A DNA stretch of 40,281 nt from an uncultured Ruminococcus sp. Its GTDB lineage: Bacteria > Bacillota > Clostridia > Oscillospirales > CAG-272. Below the pieces are notes generated by a model. It searched no databases. It was not told the DNA's origin and saw only the letters and a program-made list of their open reading frames with translations. Shown in pieces: positions 16,347-28,260 of this stretch. Each line of letters opens with the position of its first letter. Positions within the stretch are counted from its first letter, which is position 1. The stretch covers positions 1 to 40,281 of the forward strand of contig CAYZZJ010000002.1 in the NCBI GenBank assembly GCA_964482885.1, in the 5' to 3' direction. A program made the position numbers and the translations under genes.

Positions 16347-16382
16347 CTCGCGCAATAATAATTGCAATAATAATTGCGAGCG
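16347..16382. repeat. Two overlapping 14-nt palindromes GCAATAATAATTGC (12-nt period) bracketed by CTCGC/GCGAG; operator-like
   Basis: The sequence reads CTCGC-GCAATAATAATTGCAATAATAATTGC-GAGCG, in the divergent ruvC/lon intergenic region. Confidence 0.5.
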
Positions 16383-16414
16383 AAGAAATTTAATAAATAT
16401 TTTTTATTTGTATA

Positions 16415-16443
16415 TGGACTTTACTTCCCCTCTGTGCTATAAT
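16415..16443 (+). promoter_or_regulatory. Candidate lon promoter with an extended -10
   Basis: TGGACT (16415-16420), a 17-nt spacer, then TGTGCTATAAT, with the TATAAT at 16438-16443. Confidence 0.4.
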
Positions 16444-16525
16444 ATGTTCGTAGCATTTTGCGCTACGCATAACTTAACGCCATACAGGCGGGTATTTTAT
16501 GCTTTTCCAAGAAACGAGGTACCCT

Positions 16526-18868
16526 ATGTCATTCATTAAAGATAACCAATTTACGGATAAAAACGCCATCTCTCTGCCCATCATTGCGCTGAGAGGACTT
16601 GTTGCGTTTCCAAATATACAGATGAATATTGAAATCGTACGCCCATTCTCACTCAAGGCGTTTACCGCTGCGGCTACGTTACACGATGCTAAGGTTATCC
16701 TGATTACTCAGCGCGACATCTCGCTTGACAACCCCGGTGTGGAGGATTACTACTCCTTCGGCGTTATGGCTGAAATTAAGCACGTTGTCAAGAATCCGCA
16801 GGGCAATCTTTCTGTGGTTTTTGAGGGCATCTCACGTGTCAAGATATCGGAGATCGAGGTCTCGTCCGGATTTTTCTACGCAACAGCGAAAATCAAGCAC
16901 GAGCATGCGCTTAAATCCATGCAGACGGAGATTGAGGCGCTTATGGATCAGATCAAGCGAGATATGCTCTCGATTTCCTCGATACACCCCTCTTTCAACG
17001 ATGAGCTTAGGATAGCAGCAGAGGCTATCACCGACCCCGGCTCCTTTGCCGATTTTGTTGCATCGAGCGCGCTCGTTGATTATAAGAACAAGCAGACCGT
17101 TCTTGAGACCATGACGGCTAAGACCAGGCTTGAAAGACTTTTGGTTGCGCTTGAGGAAGAAATGATGCTTATCGAGTGCGAGCACGAAATACAGGCGCAA
17201 GTTAAGAATAAGATAGACAGAAATCAGCGTGATTACTTCCTTCGTGAGCAGATGCGCGTGATTCAGTCGGAGCTTGGAGAAGACGAGGATGACGAGCTTG
17301 CCGAATACGCAGACAAAATCGAAAACGCCTCAATGCCCGATGAAGTCAAGGAAAAGCTTATGAAGGAGCTGAACAAGCTTGCAAAAACGCCCTTCGGTGC
17401 AGCCGAAGGCACCGTGCTTCGCGCTTATCTTGACACCTGCCTTGACTACCCCTTCGGCATCAAAACCGAAGCGGAAATAAGCGTTGCTGAGGCAAAGGTC
17501 ATACTTGACGAGGATCATGACGGCCTCACGAAGGTTAAGGAGCGTATCCTTGAATTCGTGGCAATAAAGCAGTTCAATAAGGACATCAAGAGCCAGATTA
17601 TCTGCCTTGTAGGCCCTCCCGGCGTTGGCAAAACCTCTGTAGCCGCATCGGTAGCACGCGCGCTCGGTCGCAAATATGCGCGTGTTTCCCTCGGAGGCAT
17701 GCATGATGAGGCTGAGATACGCGGACACAGAAAAACCTACGTCGGCGCTATGCCCGGTCGTATTGTTTCCGCGCTTATAAATGCGAAAGCAGAAAACCCC
17801 GTTATCGTACTTGACGAAATTGATAAAATGGCCAAGGATTTCCGTGGAGATCCTACGTCCGCCCTGCTTGAGGTACTCGACCCCGAGCAGAATAAGTCGT
17901 TCCGCGACAACTTTATTGAAATACCGCTCGACCTTTCCGACGTAATGTTCATAGCAACGGCTAATACCTACGAGGGGATCCCCGCTCCGCTTCTCGACAG
18001 AATGGAGATTATCGAGCTTACCACATATACCGACAGCGAAAAGCTGGCTATTGCCAAAAATCATCTCATCCCCAAGCAGCTCGCCAACAACGGTATAACA
18101 AAATCCATATTCAAGATTACCGATGCAGGTATTATGGAACTGATAAAGAGCTACACACGCGAGTCCGGTGTTCGTAATCTCGAGCGTGAGCTTGCATCTC
18201 TTATGAGGAAGGCTGCAAAGAAGATCGCCGAGGGTGGAGCTAAACGTGTCACCGTTACTGAGAAGAACATTTCGGAATATCTCGGCAAGCCCAAGGTTAT
18301 TCCCGACCGTCTTGAAGCGGATAATCCTATCGGTGTTGTAAACGGTCTTGCGTATACACAGTCCGGAGGAGATCTCTTGAGGGTTGAGGTTGCCGTAATG
18401 GAGGGCACGGGCAAGATAGAGCTTACCGGCTCTCTCGGCGAGGTTATGAAGGAATCTGCGAAAATTGCACACTCCTTTGTAAGAACGGTCGCAGACAAGT
18501 ATTCTATCGATAAGGATTTCTATAAAACCAAGGACGTACATATACACTTCCCCGAGGGCGCGATACCCAAGGACGGTCCGTCAGCCGGAGTTACCATGGT
18601 AAGTGCCATAGTCAGCGCGCTCGGCAACCATCCCGTCAAGCGCGACGTCGCTATGACGGGAGAGATAACCCTGCGCGGAAAGGTGCTGCCCATCGGCGGA
18701 CTTAAGGAAAAGACTCTCGCTGCATACCGCTCGGGAATAAGCACGGTTTTAATCCCTGCGGACAACGTGCGCGATCTCGATGATATTGACAGCGATGCTA
18801 AGGACCACCTTACCTTCATTCCGTGCGAGACCGCCGGAGACGTTCTCGAAAATATTCTGGTATTGTAA
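16526..18868 (+). CDS. lon: ATP-dependent Lon protease (LonA type)
   Basis: N-terminal LON domain, Walker A GPPGVGKTS, and the proteolytic site PKDGPSAGVTM. The start was set at the ATG at 16526 (GAGG 6 nt upstream). The alternative ATG at 16499 has a weaker RBS. Confidence 0.95.
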   Translation: MSFIKDNQFTDKNAISLPIIALRGLVAFPNIQMNIEIVRPFSLKAFTAAATLHDAKVILITQRDISLDNPGVEDYYSFGVMAEIKHVVKNPQGNLSVVFEGISRVKISEIEVSSGFFYATAKIKHEHALKSMQTEIEALMDQIKRDMLSISSIHPSFNDELRIAAEAITDPGSFADFVASSALVDYKNKQTVLETMTAKTRLERLLVALEEEMMLIECEHEIQAQVKNKIDRNQRDYFLREQMRVIQSELGEDEDDELAEYADKIENASMPDEVKEKLMKELNKLAKTPFGAAEGTVLRAYLDTCLDYPFGIKTEAEISVAEAKVILDEDHDGLTKVKERILEFVAIKQFNKDIKSQIICLVGPPGVGKTSVAASVARALGRKYARVSLGGMHDEAEIRGHRKTYVGAMPGRIVSALINAKAENPVIVLDEIDKMAKDFRGDPTSALLEVLDPEQNKSFRDNFIEIPLDLSDVMFIATANTYEGIPAPLLDRMEIIELTTYTDSEKLAIAKNHLIPKQLANNGITKSIFKITDAGIMELIKSYTRESGVRNLERELASLMRKAAKKIAEGGAKRVTVTEKNISEYLGKPKVIPDRLEADNPIGVVNGLAYTQSGGDLLRVEVAVMEGTGKIELTGSLGEVMKESAKIAHSFVRTVADKYSIDKDFYKTKDVHIHFPEGAIPKDGPSAGVTMVSAIVSALGNHPVKRDVAMTGEITLRGKVLPIGGLKEKTLAAYRSGISTVLIPADNVRDLDDIDSDAKDHLTFIPCETAGDVLENILVL

Positions 18869-18887
18869 TGCCCAGAAGGGAGACACT

Positions 18888-19493
18888 ATGAAAATAAACA
18901 CGAATAATGCGGCAATATCTCTCACAGTTGGTAACGCCAAGCAATTTCCTCACGACAGCCGTCCGCAAATAGCACTTTCAGGACGCTCTAACGTTGGAAA
19001 AAGCTCACTTATCAATACACTTCTTTCTCGCAAGTCGCTTGCCAGAGTGTCCTCCTCACCCGGAAAAACAATTACCATAAACTACTACGATATCGATAAG
19101 AAGCTGTTTTTGGTTGACCTTCCTGGTTACGGGTATGCAAAGCGCTCCCAGGAGTCGAAGCGCGTATGGAGCACTCTTGCTGAAGATTACTTTACCAAAA
19201 ATCCTTCACCCGACGCAATCAAGCTCGTTGTTCAGCTTATAGATGTCCGCACGGGACCCACCGACGACGATATTATGATGATAAACTGGCTTATCGACGC
19301 CGCTTGTCCGTTTGTGGTTGTAGCAACAAAAACCGACAAGCTCTCGAAGGCACAGCTATCGCGCGCTTTGTCGGAGCTTGAAAACGACTACTTCGCCGAC
19401 ACGTCTATCGAAATTATCCCCTTCTCGTCCGTTACCCGTGAGGGCAAGGACAAGCTTTGGGGTCGTATCTTAGATGCAATATCCGAGGAGTAA
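18888..19493 (+). CDS. engB: Ribosome biogenesis GTPase YsxC/EngB
   Basis: G1 motif GRSNVGKSSLIN, G3 DLPGYG, G4 TKTDK. The conserved lon-ysxC adjacency is present. The ATG at 18888 is preceded by GGGAG. The track ORF start at 18780 lies inside lon. Confidence 0.9.
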   Translation: MKINTNNAAISLTVGNAKQFPHDSRPQIALSGRSNVGKSSLINTLLSRKSLARVSSSPGKTITINYYDIDKKLFLVDLPGYGYAKRSQESKRVWSTLAEDYFTKNPSPDAIKLVVQLIDVRTGPTDDDIMMINWLIDAACPFVVVATKTDKLSKAQLSRALSELENDYFADTSIEIIPFSSVTREGKDKLWGRILDAISEE

Positions 19494-19502
19494 GTTTTAA
19501 TA

Positions 19503-20246
19503 ATGTTTGGCTTAAGTAATATTTCCGAGCTTTTGTTGTCAGCGGTTGCAGTGCTGATAACTCTTAGTGTGCATGAGTACGCGCACGCCTATGCCGCGTA
19601 TAAGCTTGGCGACGATACGGCAAAGAACGAGGGCCGTCTATCGCTGAACCCCATAAAGCACCTGGATCCGGTAGGAGCTATATTCATGCTCCTCTTCCAC
19701 TTCGGTTGGGCAAAGCCCGTGCCGATAAACCCGATTAACTTCAGAAAACCGAAGCGTGACTTTGCGATAGTCGCACTAGCAGGACCGCTGAGCAATATAG
19801 TCAGCGCATTTATAACAACGCTGCTCTTCCTTATCGCGTACAAGCTGCTTTTGCCGCTTGTGCCGGGAGGCTTTGGCTACGTGCTTCTATACAACACCTG
19901 CCTGTTTCTCAGCACCTACAGCGCAATCAACGTAGGACTTGGAGTATTTAATCTTATACCTATCCCGCCCTTTGACGGCTCGCGTATACTGAACGCCCTT
20001 TTGCCCGAGCGACTGTATTTCAAGGTGATGAAGTATGAGAGGAAGATATATTGGGGAGTGATAGCTTGGCTGTTTTTTGGAAGGTACGTAACGCGCGGAC
20101 TTCTCTCTGTGCCTTTCATAGCCGCAAACCCAGTTCTTTCGGCAATTTCGCGCATATTCGACCTCTCGGATCTTATAGGAATTGCGATTTCCGCGATATA
20201 CAACGCAATGATATCATTCTGGCAGCTTATACCCGCCTTAGCATAA
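19503..20246 (+). CDS. Site-2 protease family (M50) membrane metalloprotease
   Basis: The HExxH motif lies in a TM helix (SVHEYAHAYAAY). The protein is polytopic, with a downstream NLIPIPPFDG motif typical of the M50 family. Confidence 0.8.
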   Translation: MFGLSNISELLLSAVAVLITLSVHEYAHAYAAYKLGDDTAKNEGRLSLNPIKHLDPVGAIFMLLFHFGWAKPVPINPINFRKPKRDFAIVALAGPLSNIVSAFITTLLFLIAYKLLLPLVPGGFGYVLLYNTCLFLSTYSAINVGLGVFNLIPIPPFDGSRILNALLPERLYFKVMKYERKIYWGVIAWLFFGRYVTRGLLSVPFIAANPVLSAISRIFDLSDLIGIAISAIYNAMISFWQLIPALA

Positions 20247-20267
20247 GCATCTCTTTTCGGAGGAAAA

Positions 20268-21107
20268 ATGGTAGAACAACTGACCTACAGGCTTGACCAA
20301 TTTGAAGGACCGCTTGACCTGTTACTGACTTTAATACAAAAGAATAAGGTGAGCATCACGGACATTCCCATTGCCATGATCTGCGACCAATATATGGAAT
20401 ATCTGGCAGAGGCAGAGCGCATGGATCTCGAAATTGCAAGTGAGTTCATTGTTATGGCAAGCCAGCTGATGCTGATAAAGAGTCAAATGCTGCTTCCACA
20501 CGAGGAAGGCACGGAGAATGACCCGCGGCGCGAAATACAAAACGCCCTGCTTCTTCATATGCGTGCTAAGCAGGCAGCAAAGGAACTGCGCCCGATGTAC
20601 GATGAGTTCTCAGGAAGGTTCGTAAAGGGTACTGATGACGTCCCCCCCGAGAAGGGACTTCCGCTCGATCTCGATCCCGATCTGCTTGTAAAAGCGCTTA
20701 ACGCCGTTCTTCGACGTATCAAGGTTGCAGAGGCAATGAAGAAGCCTACCGATCTGGTTAATCCGCTTATCAAGCGTAAAATAGTATCTGTTGAAGAGAA
20801 AATAGAAGAAATCTGCGATTTGCTCGCTGAGCATGAGGAGGCTTCCCTTTTCTTCCTTCTCAAGGATTCCGAATCGCGCTCCGAGCTGGTTGCCCGATTT
20901 ATGGGTATACTCGAGCTTATCAAGATACGCCGCATACTCATAACCTCTATTACAGTAATTGAGGACGTAGTTGAGTATGATGAAAACGGGCTTGAGATGA
21001 TGTTTACGCTTAATCCCAATTACGTTCCCGGTGATATATCGGGTAGTGAATTTGACTCTCAGCCCGACGAAAACGATGACAACTCCGAGGAGAAAAACAA
21101 TGAGTGA
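20268..21107 (+). CDS. scpA: Segregation and condensation protein A
   Basis: LDQFEGPLDLLLTLIQKNKVSITDIPIA is the characteristic ScpA N-terminus. scpB follows directly. Confidence 0.9.
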   Translation: MVEQLTYRLDQFEGPLDLLLTLIQKNKVSITDIPIAMICDQYMEYLAEAERMDLEIASEFIVMASQLMLIKSQMLLPHEEGTENDPRREIQNALLLHMRAKQAAKELRPMYDEFSGRFVKGTDDVPPEKGLPLDLDPDLLVKALNAVLRRIKVAEAMKKPTDLVNPLIKRKIVSVEEKIEEICDLLAEHEEASLFFLLKDSESRSELVARFMGILELIKIRRILITSITVIEDVVEYDENGLEMMFTLNPNYVPGDISGSEFDSQPDENDDNSEEKNNE

Positions 21108-21903
21108 AGAAACAAATAATATAGAAGCTCCGATCGCCGACAGCGCGCCTCAAGCGCCTGAAATCACGCGCGAGGTTGTATTTGAGGAAGCGCTTGAGGC
21201 AATACTCTTTGCCGCAGGTCACCCTATTTCTTATGCCACCATTGCAAGAGTTATGGATCTTACTCCCCTCAAGGTCAAGGAAAAGGTAATCGAGTACGCA
21301 CTAAGATATAACAGCTCCGGTATACCGCGTGGTGTTATACTGCTTACATACTCTGATTCCTGTCAGCTTTGCACAAAATCCGAATACTTGTATGAAATCA
21401 GAGATGCCCTCGGCATTAAAAAGAGCGGTACTCTCTCCACCTCATCTCTTGAGGTATTGGCGATAGTTGCCTATAACCAGCCCGTTACGCGCGCATTTGT
21501 CGATACTCTGAGACGCGTAGACTCTTCCTACGCTATGAACAACCTCTTGGACAGAGGCCTTATAGTTTCTAAGGGAAGGCTTGACGTGCCCGGAAGACCG
21601 ATGCTTTACGGCACTACCTCAGATTTCTTAAGATGCTTCGGTCTAAACGATCTCTCGGGACTGCCCAAAACAAGCGATGAGCTTATCGAGGCATTCAACA
21701 ATGCAAAGAGCTCCGAGGAAGCGGCAAACGAAGGTGAGGAGATTGTCGGCGCTGAGCAGATAAGCGCTGACATAGACAGTGCAATGCCCGACGTTGCGGC
21801 TTCGAGTGAGGCTGCGCAAGCACCGGTAGAGAGCAGCGAGGCAGAAGGTCCCGAGCTTATGATGGACGAGCCGTCCGCCGAGGATGACATAATAAACGAT
21901 TAA
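21100..21903 (+). CDS. scpB: Segregation and condensation protein B with an acidic low-complexity C-terminal tail
   Basis: LEAILFAAGHPISYATIARVM and LEVLAIVAYNQPVTRAFVDTLRRVDS are ScpB winged-helix motifs. The ATG at 21100 overlaps the end of scpA. The track start at 21031 lies inside scpA. Confidence 0.85.
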   Translation: MSEETNNIEAPIADSAPQAPEITREVVFEEALEAILFAAGHPISYATIARVMDLTPLKVKEKVIEYALRYNSSGIPRGVILLTYSDSCQLCTKSEYLYEIRDALGIKKSGTLSTSSLEVLAIVAYNQPVTRAFVDTLRRVDSSYAMNNLLDRGLIVSKGRLDVPGRPMLYGTTSDFLRCFGLNDLSGLPKTSDELIEAFNNAKSSEEAANEGEEIVGAEQISADIDSAMPDVAASSEAAQAPVESSEAEGPELMMDEPSAEDDIIND

Positions 21904-21912
21904 GGAGTTTGA

Positions 21913-22404
21913 ATGCTGTCGCTTGCATTAATTCTTTCTGCATCCTTGCTGGCATACGTGGTTTTCACTCAACCTATCGAGATCAGAGTATTTAAGTCAA
22001 GCGGTATAGTTCTGCAAATATCCACAGTTGTGTGGTCTTTTAAGATCAATCTATCATCTAAAAAGCGACACAAAAGCAAACTAAAGCTAACAAAAAGGTT
22101 AAAGTTCTATTTCTTCGCGCTCCGTGTTGCAAACGATTTGCTGACGAAATCTTACGTCTATATAATGCGAGATGCCGAGAGCGGCGTCGAGCATCCATCT
22201 GCGCCCTCGGCGATCATGACCGGAATTACCTCTTCGCTTCTGATATCCTACGTATCGGGCAAAGCGCGCTTTTTTGAAAGCGGAGTCGATAAAATCGGCA
22301 CGGCAGTATTTTACTTCCGGCTCATAGATCTGTTTATTTCCGCCATCAAAGTATCATACTATACCTTGAAGTCAAAATTCAAAAAGAGGGCAAGGTATGT
22401 CTGA
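21913..22404 (+). CDS. Small membrane protein, possibly YtfI-like (DUF2953)
   Basis: 163-aa protein with an N-terminal TM helix and a basic stretch. It has an AAGGAG RBS and sits directly upstream of, and overlapping, ytfJ, as ytfI does in Bacillus. The family assignment rests on position and size only. Confidence 0.4.
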   Translation: MLSLALILSASLLAYVVFTQPIEIRVFKSSGIVLQISTVVWSFKINLSSKKRHKSKLKLTKRLKFYFFALRVANDLLTKSYVYIMRDAESGVEHPSAPSAIMTGITSSLLISYVSGKARFFESGVDKIGTAVFYFRLIDLFISAIKVSYYTLKSKFKKRARYV

Positions 22405-22774
22405 TAATAAAATGAACGATTATCTCGACGCTTCGCTTGAAGGGGTTGGGAGATTCGCGGATATGAACACGGTCATCGGAGCGCCAATACACACGCCAAG
22501 CGGCGTTACCGTTATACCGGTCTCACGTGTGAATATGGGCTTTGCAAGCGGAGCAATCGATTACTCCTCTAAAAAATTCGCTACACCTCCTAACTCAGGC
22601 GGCGGTGGCGGAACGGGTATATCCATAACTCCGGTGGCTTTTCTTACGGTTGGCCCCGGGGCTGAGATAAAGCTGCTTTCCTTAAATGAAAGCCCGGGAA
22701 AAATCGACCGTGCCCTCGATATAATCGAAGGTGCACCGGCTATAATTGAAAAAATTAAGGACGTCCTGTCATAA
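22397..22774 (+). CDS. ytfJ: Sporulation protein YtfJ (GerW family)
   Basis: VIGAPIHTPSGVTVIPVSRV...GGGGGTGISITPVAFLTV matches the conserved GerW/YtfJ pattern. Confidence 0.8.
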   Translation: MSDNKMNDYLDASLEGVGRFADMNTVIGAPIHTPSGVTVIPVSRVNMGFASGAIDYSSKKFATPPNSGGGGGTGISITPVAFLTVGPGAEIKLLSLNESPGKIDRALDIIEGAPAIIEKIKDVLS

Positions 22775-22831
22775 ATTTCACCTCATATAATGCTCGGCTC
22801 GTGGCAAAATACTACCGAGCGAGGTGATACT

Positions 22832-24694
22832 ATGAAGGACAACAGAAGTATGGTTGTCATCGCCATAATTATGGCTTGTATCGTAATTATGATGATGACT
22901 ATAGTCGCGTCTGCAGGCGGAGGCGTCAAAACGGGTGCCAGAGCGGCTTCGTTGTACGAGCCGCACACGGGCACCTTCATTTATGAAAACAATTCGGATT
23001 TGCGGCTACCTATGGCTAGTACAACAAAAATAATGACGGCACTCCTGGCAATTGAGCATTGCGCACTGAATGAAAGTGTAGAAATACCTATCGAAGCTGT
23101 CGGCATAGAGGGCTCATCCCTTTATCTTAAAGAGGGAGACGTACTTACCGTAAAGGATCTTATCTATTCCCTTCTCCTGCAAAGCGCAAACGATGCTGCG
23201 GCAGCACTTGCAATCAAGATTTCGGGTGATATCTCTGGCTTTGCCGAGTTGATGAATAAAAAAGCCGCCGACCTTGGTCTTACGGATACGCATTTTGAAA
23301 ATCCGCATGGCCTTGACAGCGACGAGCATTATACCACCGCCAGAGATCTGGCGCTTATTACCACCGAGGCAATGCAAAACGAATTCTTCAAAAAGGTGGT
23401 TTCCACCTACAAGTATTCCTTTACCGTATCCGGAAATCCAAGAATAGTTGTTAACCATAACAAGCTGCTTCGCATGTACGATGGAGCTGTTGGAGTTAAA
23501 ACCGGGTATACGCGTATAAGTGGGCGATGTCTTGTTTCGGCAGCAGAGCGCGACGGGATTACGCTTATTGCCGTAACACTGGACGATCCGGACGACTGGC
23601 GTGACCATAAGAATTTACTTGACTATGGCTTTTCGCAGTATGAACGCATATCCGCACGCAGCATAGCCCCCGAAATAGTTAAAGTGCCCGTAATAAACTC
23701 GGAAAGCCCCGAAGTAACCGCTTCCCTTTTTGGGCTTGACGAAATCAAGCTGATCAAACGCCGTGACGAGCCTGAATTCACCGCCACGCTTGACGTTAAG
23801 CAGTATGCAGTAGCCCCCATAAAAAAGGGAGACGCCGTAGGAGAGGTTATATTCAGAAAGGGTGATGAAGAGGTGTTACGAGCACCACTCATCGCAAGCA
23901 TTGACGTAAAAGAAAAGTCCGAAAAGAAATTCGGCATATTCGATATATTTGATTTTGGAGATAAATCAATGGAAAAAGTCAGACTTCAAAAGTTTATAGC
24001 AGACGTAGGAATCATGTCGCGCCGCGCCGCAGAACAGGAAATTGCAAGCGGTCACGTATCCGTAAACGGACACGTCGCCGTGATAGGCATGAAGGTCGAT
24101 CCTAAGAACGACCTCGTTACATACAAAGGCACGAGAATCAGATACGAGCGCAAGGAGTATACCTATATACTTATGAACAAGCCGCGCGGTTATCTGTGCT
24201 CTACTACCGATGATAGGGGACGTAAGTGCGTCACCGACCTGCTCGATGGAGTTAAGGCAAGAGTGTATCCCGTGGGTCGACTCGACCTTATATCCGAGGG
24301 AATACTTCTGCTTACGGACGACGGCGAGCTTAAAAACAGGCTCACTCACCCCAGCCATACCGTTCCAAAGGTGTACCGCGTGAAGGTTGCGGGATCGGTA
24401 AGCGACGAGCAGTATGAAATACTCACCTCCCCGCTCAACATCGACGGATACGTCATCAAGCCCGTAGAGGTATCCATTGCAGGCACCGATGTGAACGGCA
24501 CCGTCCTCAAGATGACACTTTACGAGGGCAGAAACCGTCAGATAAGGAAAATGTGTGAGCTTGCAGGGCTTACCGTTAAACGGTTATCACGCGTTTCTAT
24601 CGGCAAGCTTAAGCTCGACGGAATGCCCGTCGGAAAGTGGAGATATCTTACCGATTCAGAGGTCGAATACCTCTACACGGCAACCAAGGGGTGA
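22832..24694 (+). CDS. Single uninterrupted ORF: serine-type D-Ala-D-Ala carboxypeptidase (S11, DacB/DacF-like) fused in frame to an RluB-type 23S rRNA pseudouridine synthase
   Basis: The N-terminal signal anchor is followed by SxxK (ASTTKIM), SxN (SAND), KTG (KTGYT) and a PBP5 C-terminal domain. The frame then continues without a stop into MEKVRLQKFIADVGIMSRRAAEQEI (S4 domain) and VGRLD (the catalytic Asp motif). The start was set at the ATG at 22832 (GAGG 7 nt upstream). Confidence 0.7.
   Translation: MKDNRSMVVIAIIMACIVIMMMTIVASAGGGVKTGARAASLYEPHTGTFIYENNSDLRLPMASTTKIMTALLAIEHCALNESVEIPIEAVGIEGSSLYLKEGDVLTVKDLIYSLLLQSANDAAAALAIKISGDISGFAELMNKKAADLGLTDTHFENPHGLDSDEHYTTARDLALITTEAMQNEFFKKVVSTYKYSFTVSGNPRIVVNHNKLLRMYDGAVGVKTGYTRISGRCLVSAAERDGITLIAVTLDDPDDWRDHKNLLDYGFSQYERISARSIAPEIVKVPVINSESPEVTASLFGLDEIKLIKRRDEPEFTATLDVKQYAVAPIKKGDAVGEVIFRKGDEEVLRAPLIASIDVKEKSEKKFGIFDIFDFGDKSMEKVRLQKFIADVGIMSRRAAEQEIASGHVSVNGHVAVIGMKVDPKNDLVTYKGTRIRYERKEYTYILMNKPRGYLCSTTDDRGRKCVTDLLDGVKARVYPVGRLDLISEGILLLTDDGELKNRLTHPSHTVPKVYRVKVAGSVSDEQYEILTSPLNIDGYVIKPVEVSIAGTDVNGTVLKMTLYEGRNRQIRKMCELAGLTVKRLSRVSIGKLKLDGMPVGKWRYLTDSEVEYLYTATKG
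23969..24694 (+). CDS. rluB: Pseudouridine synthase RluB module, possibly translated independently from an internal start
   Basis: A GGAG (23957-23960) lies 8 nt upstream of the ATG at 23969. Translation from that ATG yields a normal-length (241 aa) S4 + PseudoU_synth_2 protein. Confidence 0.55.
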   Translation: MEKVRLQKFIADVGIMSRRAAEQEIASGHVSVNGHVAVIGMKVDPKNDLVTYKGTRIRYERKEYTYILMNKPRGYLCSTTDDRGRKCVTDLLDGVKARVYPVGRLDLISEGILLLTDDGELKNRLTHPSHTVPKVYRVKVAGSVSDEQYEILTSPLNIDGYVIKPVEVSIAGTDVNGTVLKMTLYEGRNRQIRKMCELAGLTVKRLSRVSIGKLKLDGMPVGKWRYLTDSEVEYLYTATKG

Positions 24695-24701
24695 TTTACA
24701 T

Positions 24702-25097
24702 ATGTTTAAGATACAACCTATACAATCCGAAGCCGAGCAGGCATCGGTAGCAAAAGCGTGCGGCTCGTATATGAGAGAGGGCTTATTCGCCTATGCTATG
24801 AGAGATTCCGAAAGCGAGGAGCTTATGGGCTTTTCGCAGTTTGAAATATCCGAGGGACGCGGTTATATAACAGACATCAAGCCCTGTGGCAATGCCGACG
24901 ATTTCGAGGCGATGTTTATACTCGGACGAGCAACGATGAACTTCATTGACACCTGCGGCGCGCACTTATCCTACGCCACCAAAGATGCGGGAGAGGAAGG
25001 TTTGATGCGCGCGCTTGGTTTTTCTTTGACCGATTCGGAGGAATATTACGCAGATATGCGCGGAATGTTCAACGGTGAGTGCCACGAAAAAAAGTAA
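24702..25097 (+). CDS. Hypothetical 131-aa acidic cytoplasmic protein
   Basis: The ATG at 24702 lies 7 nt after the rluB stop, with AGGGG upstream, and a strong terminator follows the gene. I recognise no motif with confidence. The size and pattern are loosely GNAT-like. Confidence 0.55.
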   Translation: MFKIQPIQSEAEQASVAKACGSYMREGLFAYAMRDSESEELMGFSQFEISEGRGYITDIKPCGNADDFEAMFILGRATMNFIDTCGAHLSYATKDAGEEGLMRALGFSLTDSEEYYADMRGMFNGECHEKK

Positions 25098-25106
25098 CGT
25101 ATACAA

Positions 25107-25143
25107 AACAGGAAGGTAACAAGCGTACCTTCCTGTTCTTTTA
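25107..25143. terminator. Bidirectional intrinsic terminator between convergent genes
   Basis: AACAGGAAGGTA - 7-nt loop - TACCTTCCTGTT, followed by CTTTTATT, with an A-tract upstream. Confidence 0.6.
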
Positions 25144-25156
25144 TTAGCAATTAAAA

Positions 25157-28241
<3,085 letters not shown>

Positions 28242-28260
28242 ACTGACTCCAAATCAAGTC

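Noticed and set aside
17330-18547. A 405-aa open reading frame antisense to lon.
   Set aside because: It lies entirely inside the strongly supported lon CDS. It has no RBS, and its composition is low-complexity and non-protein-like (rich in L/R/C/F, with no motifs). Long stop-free antisense frames are a known by-product of codon usage in highly conserved genes.
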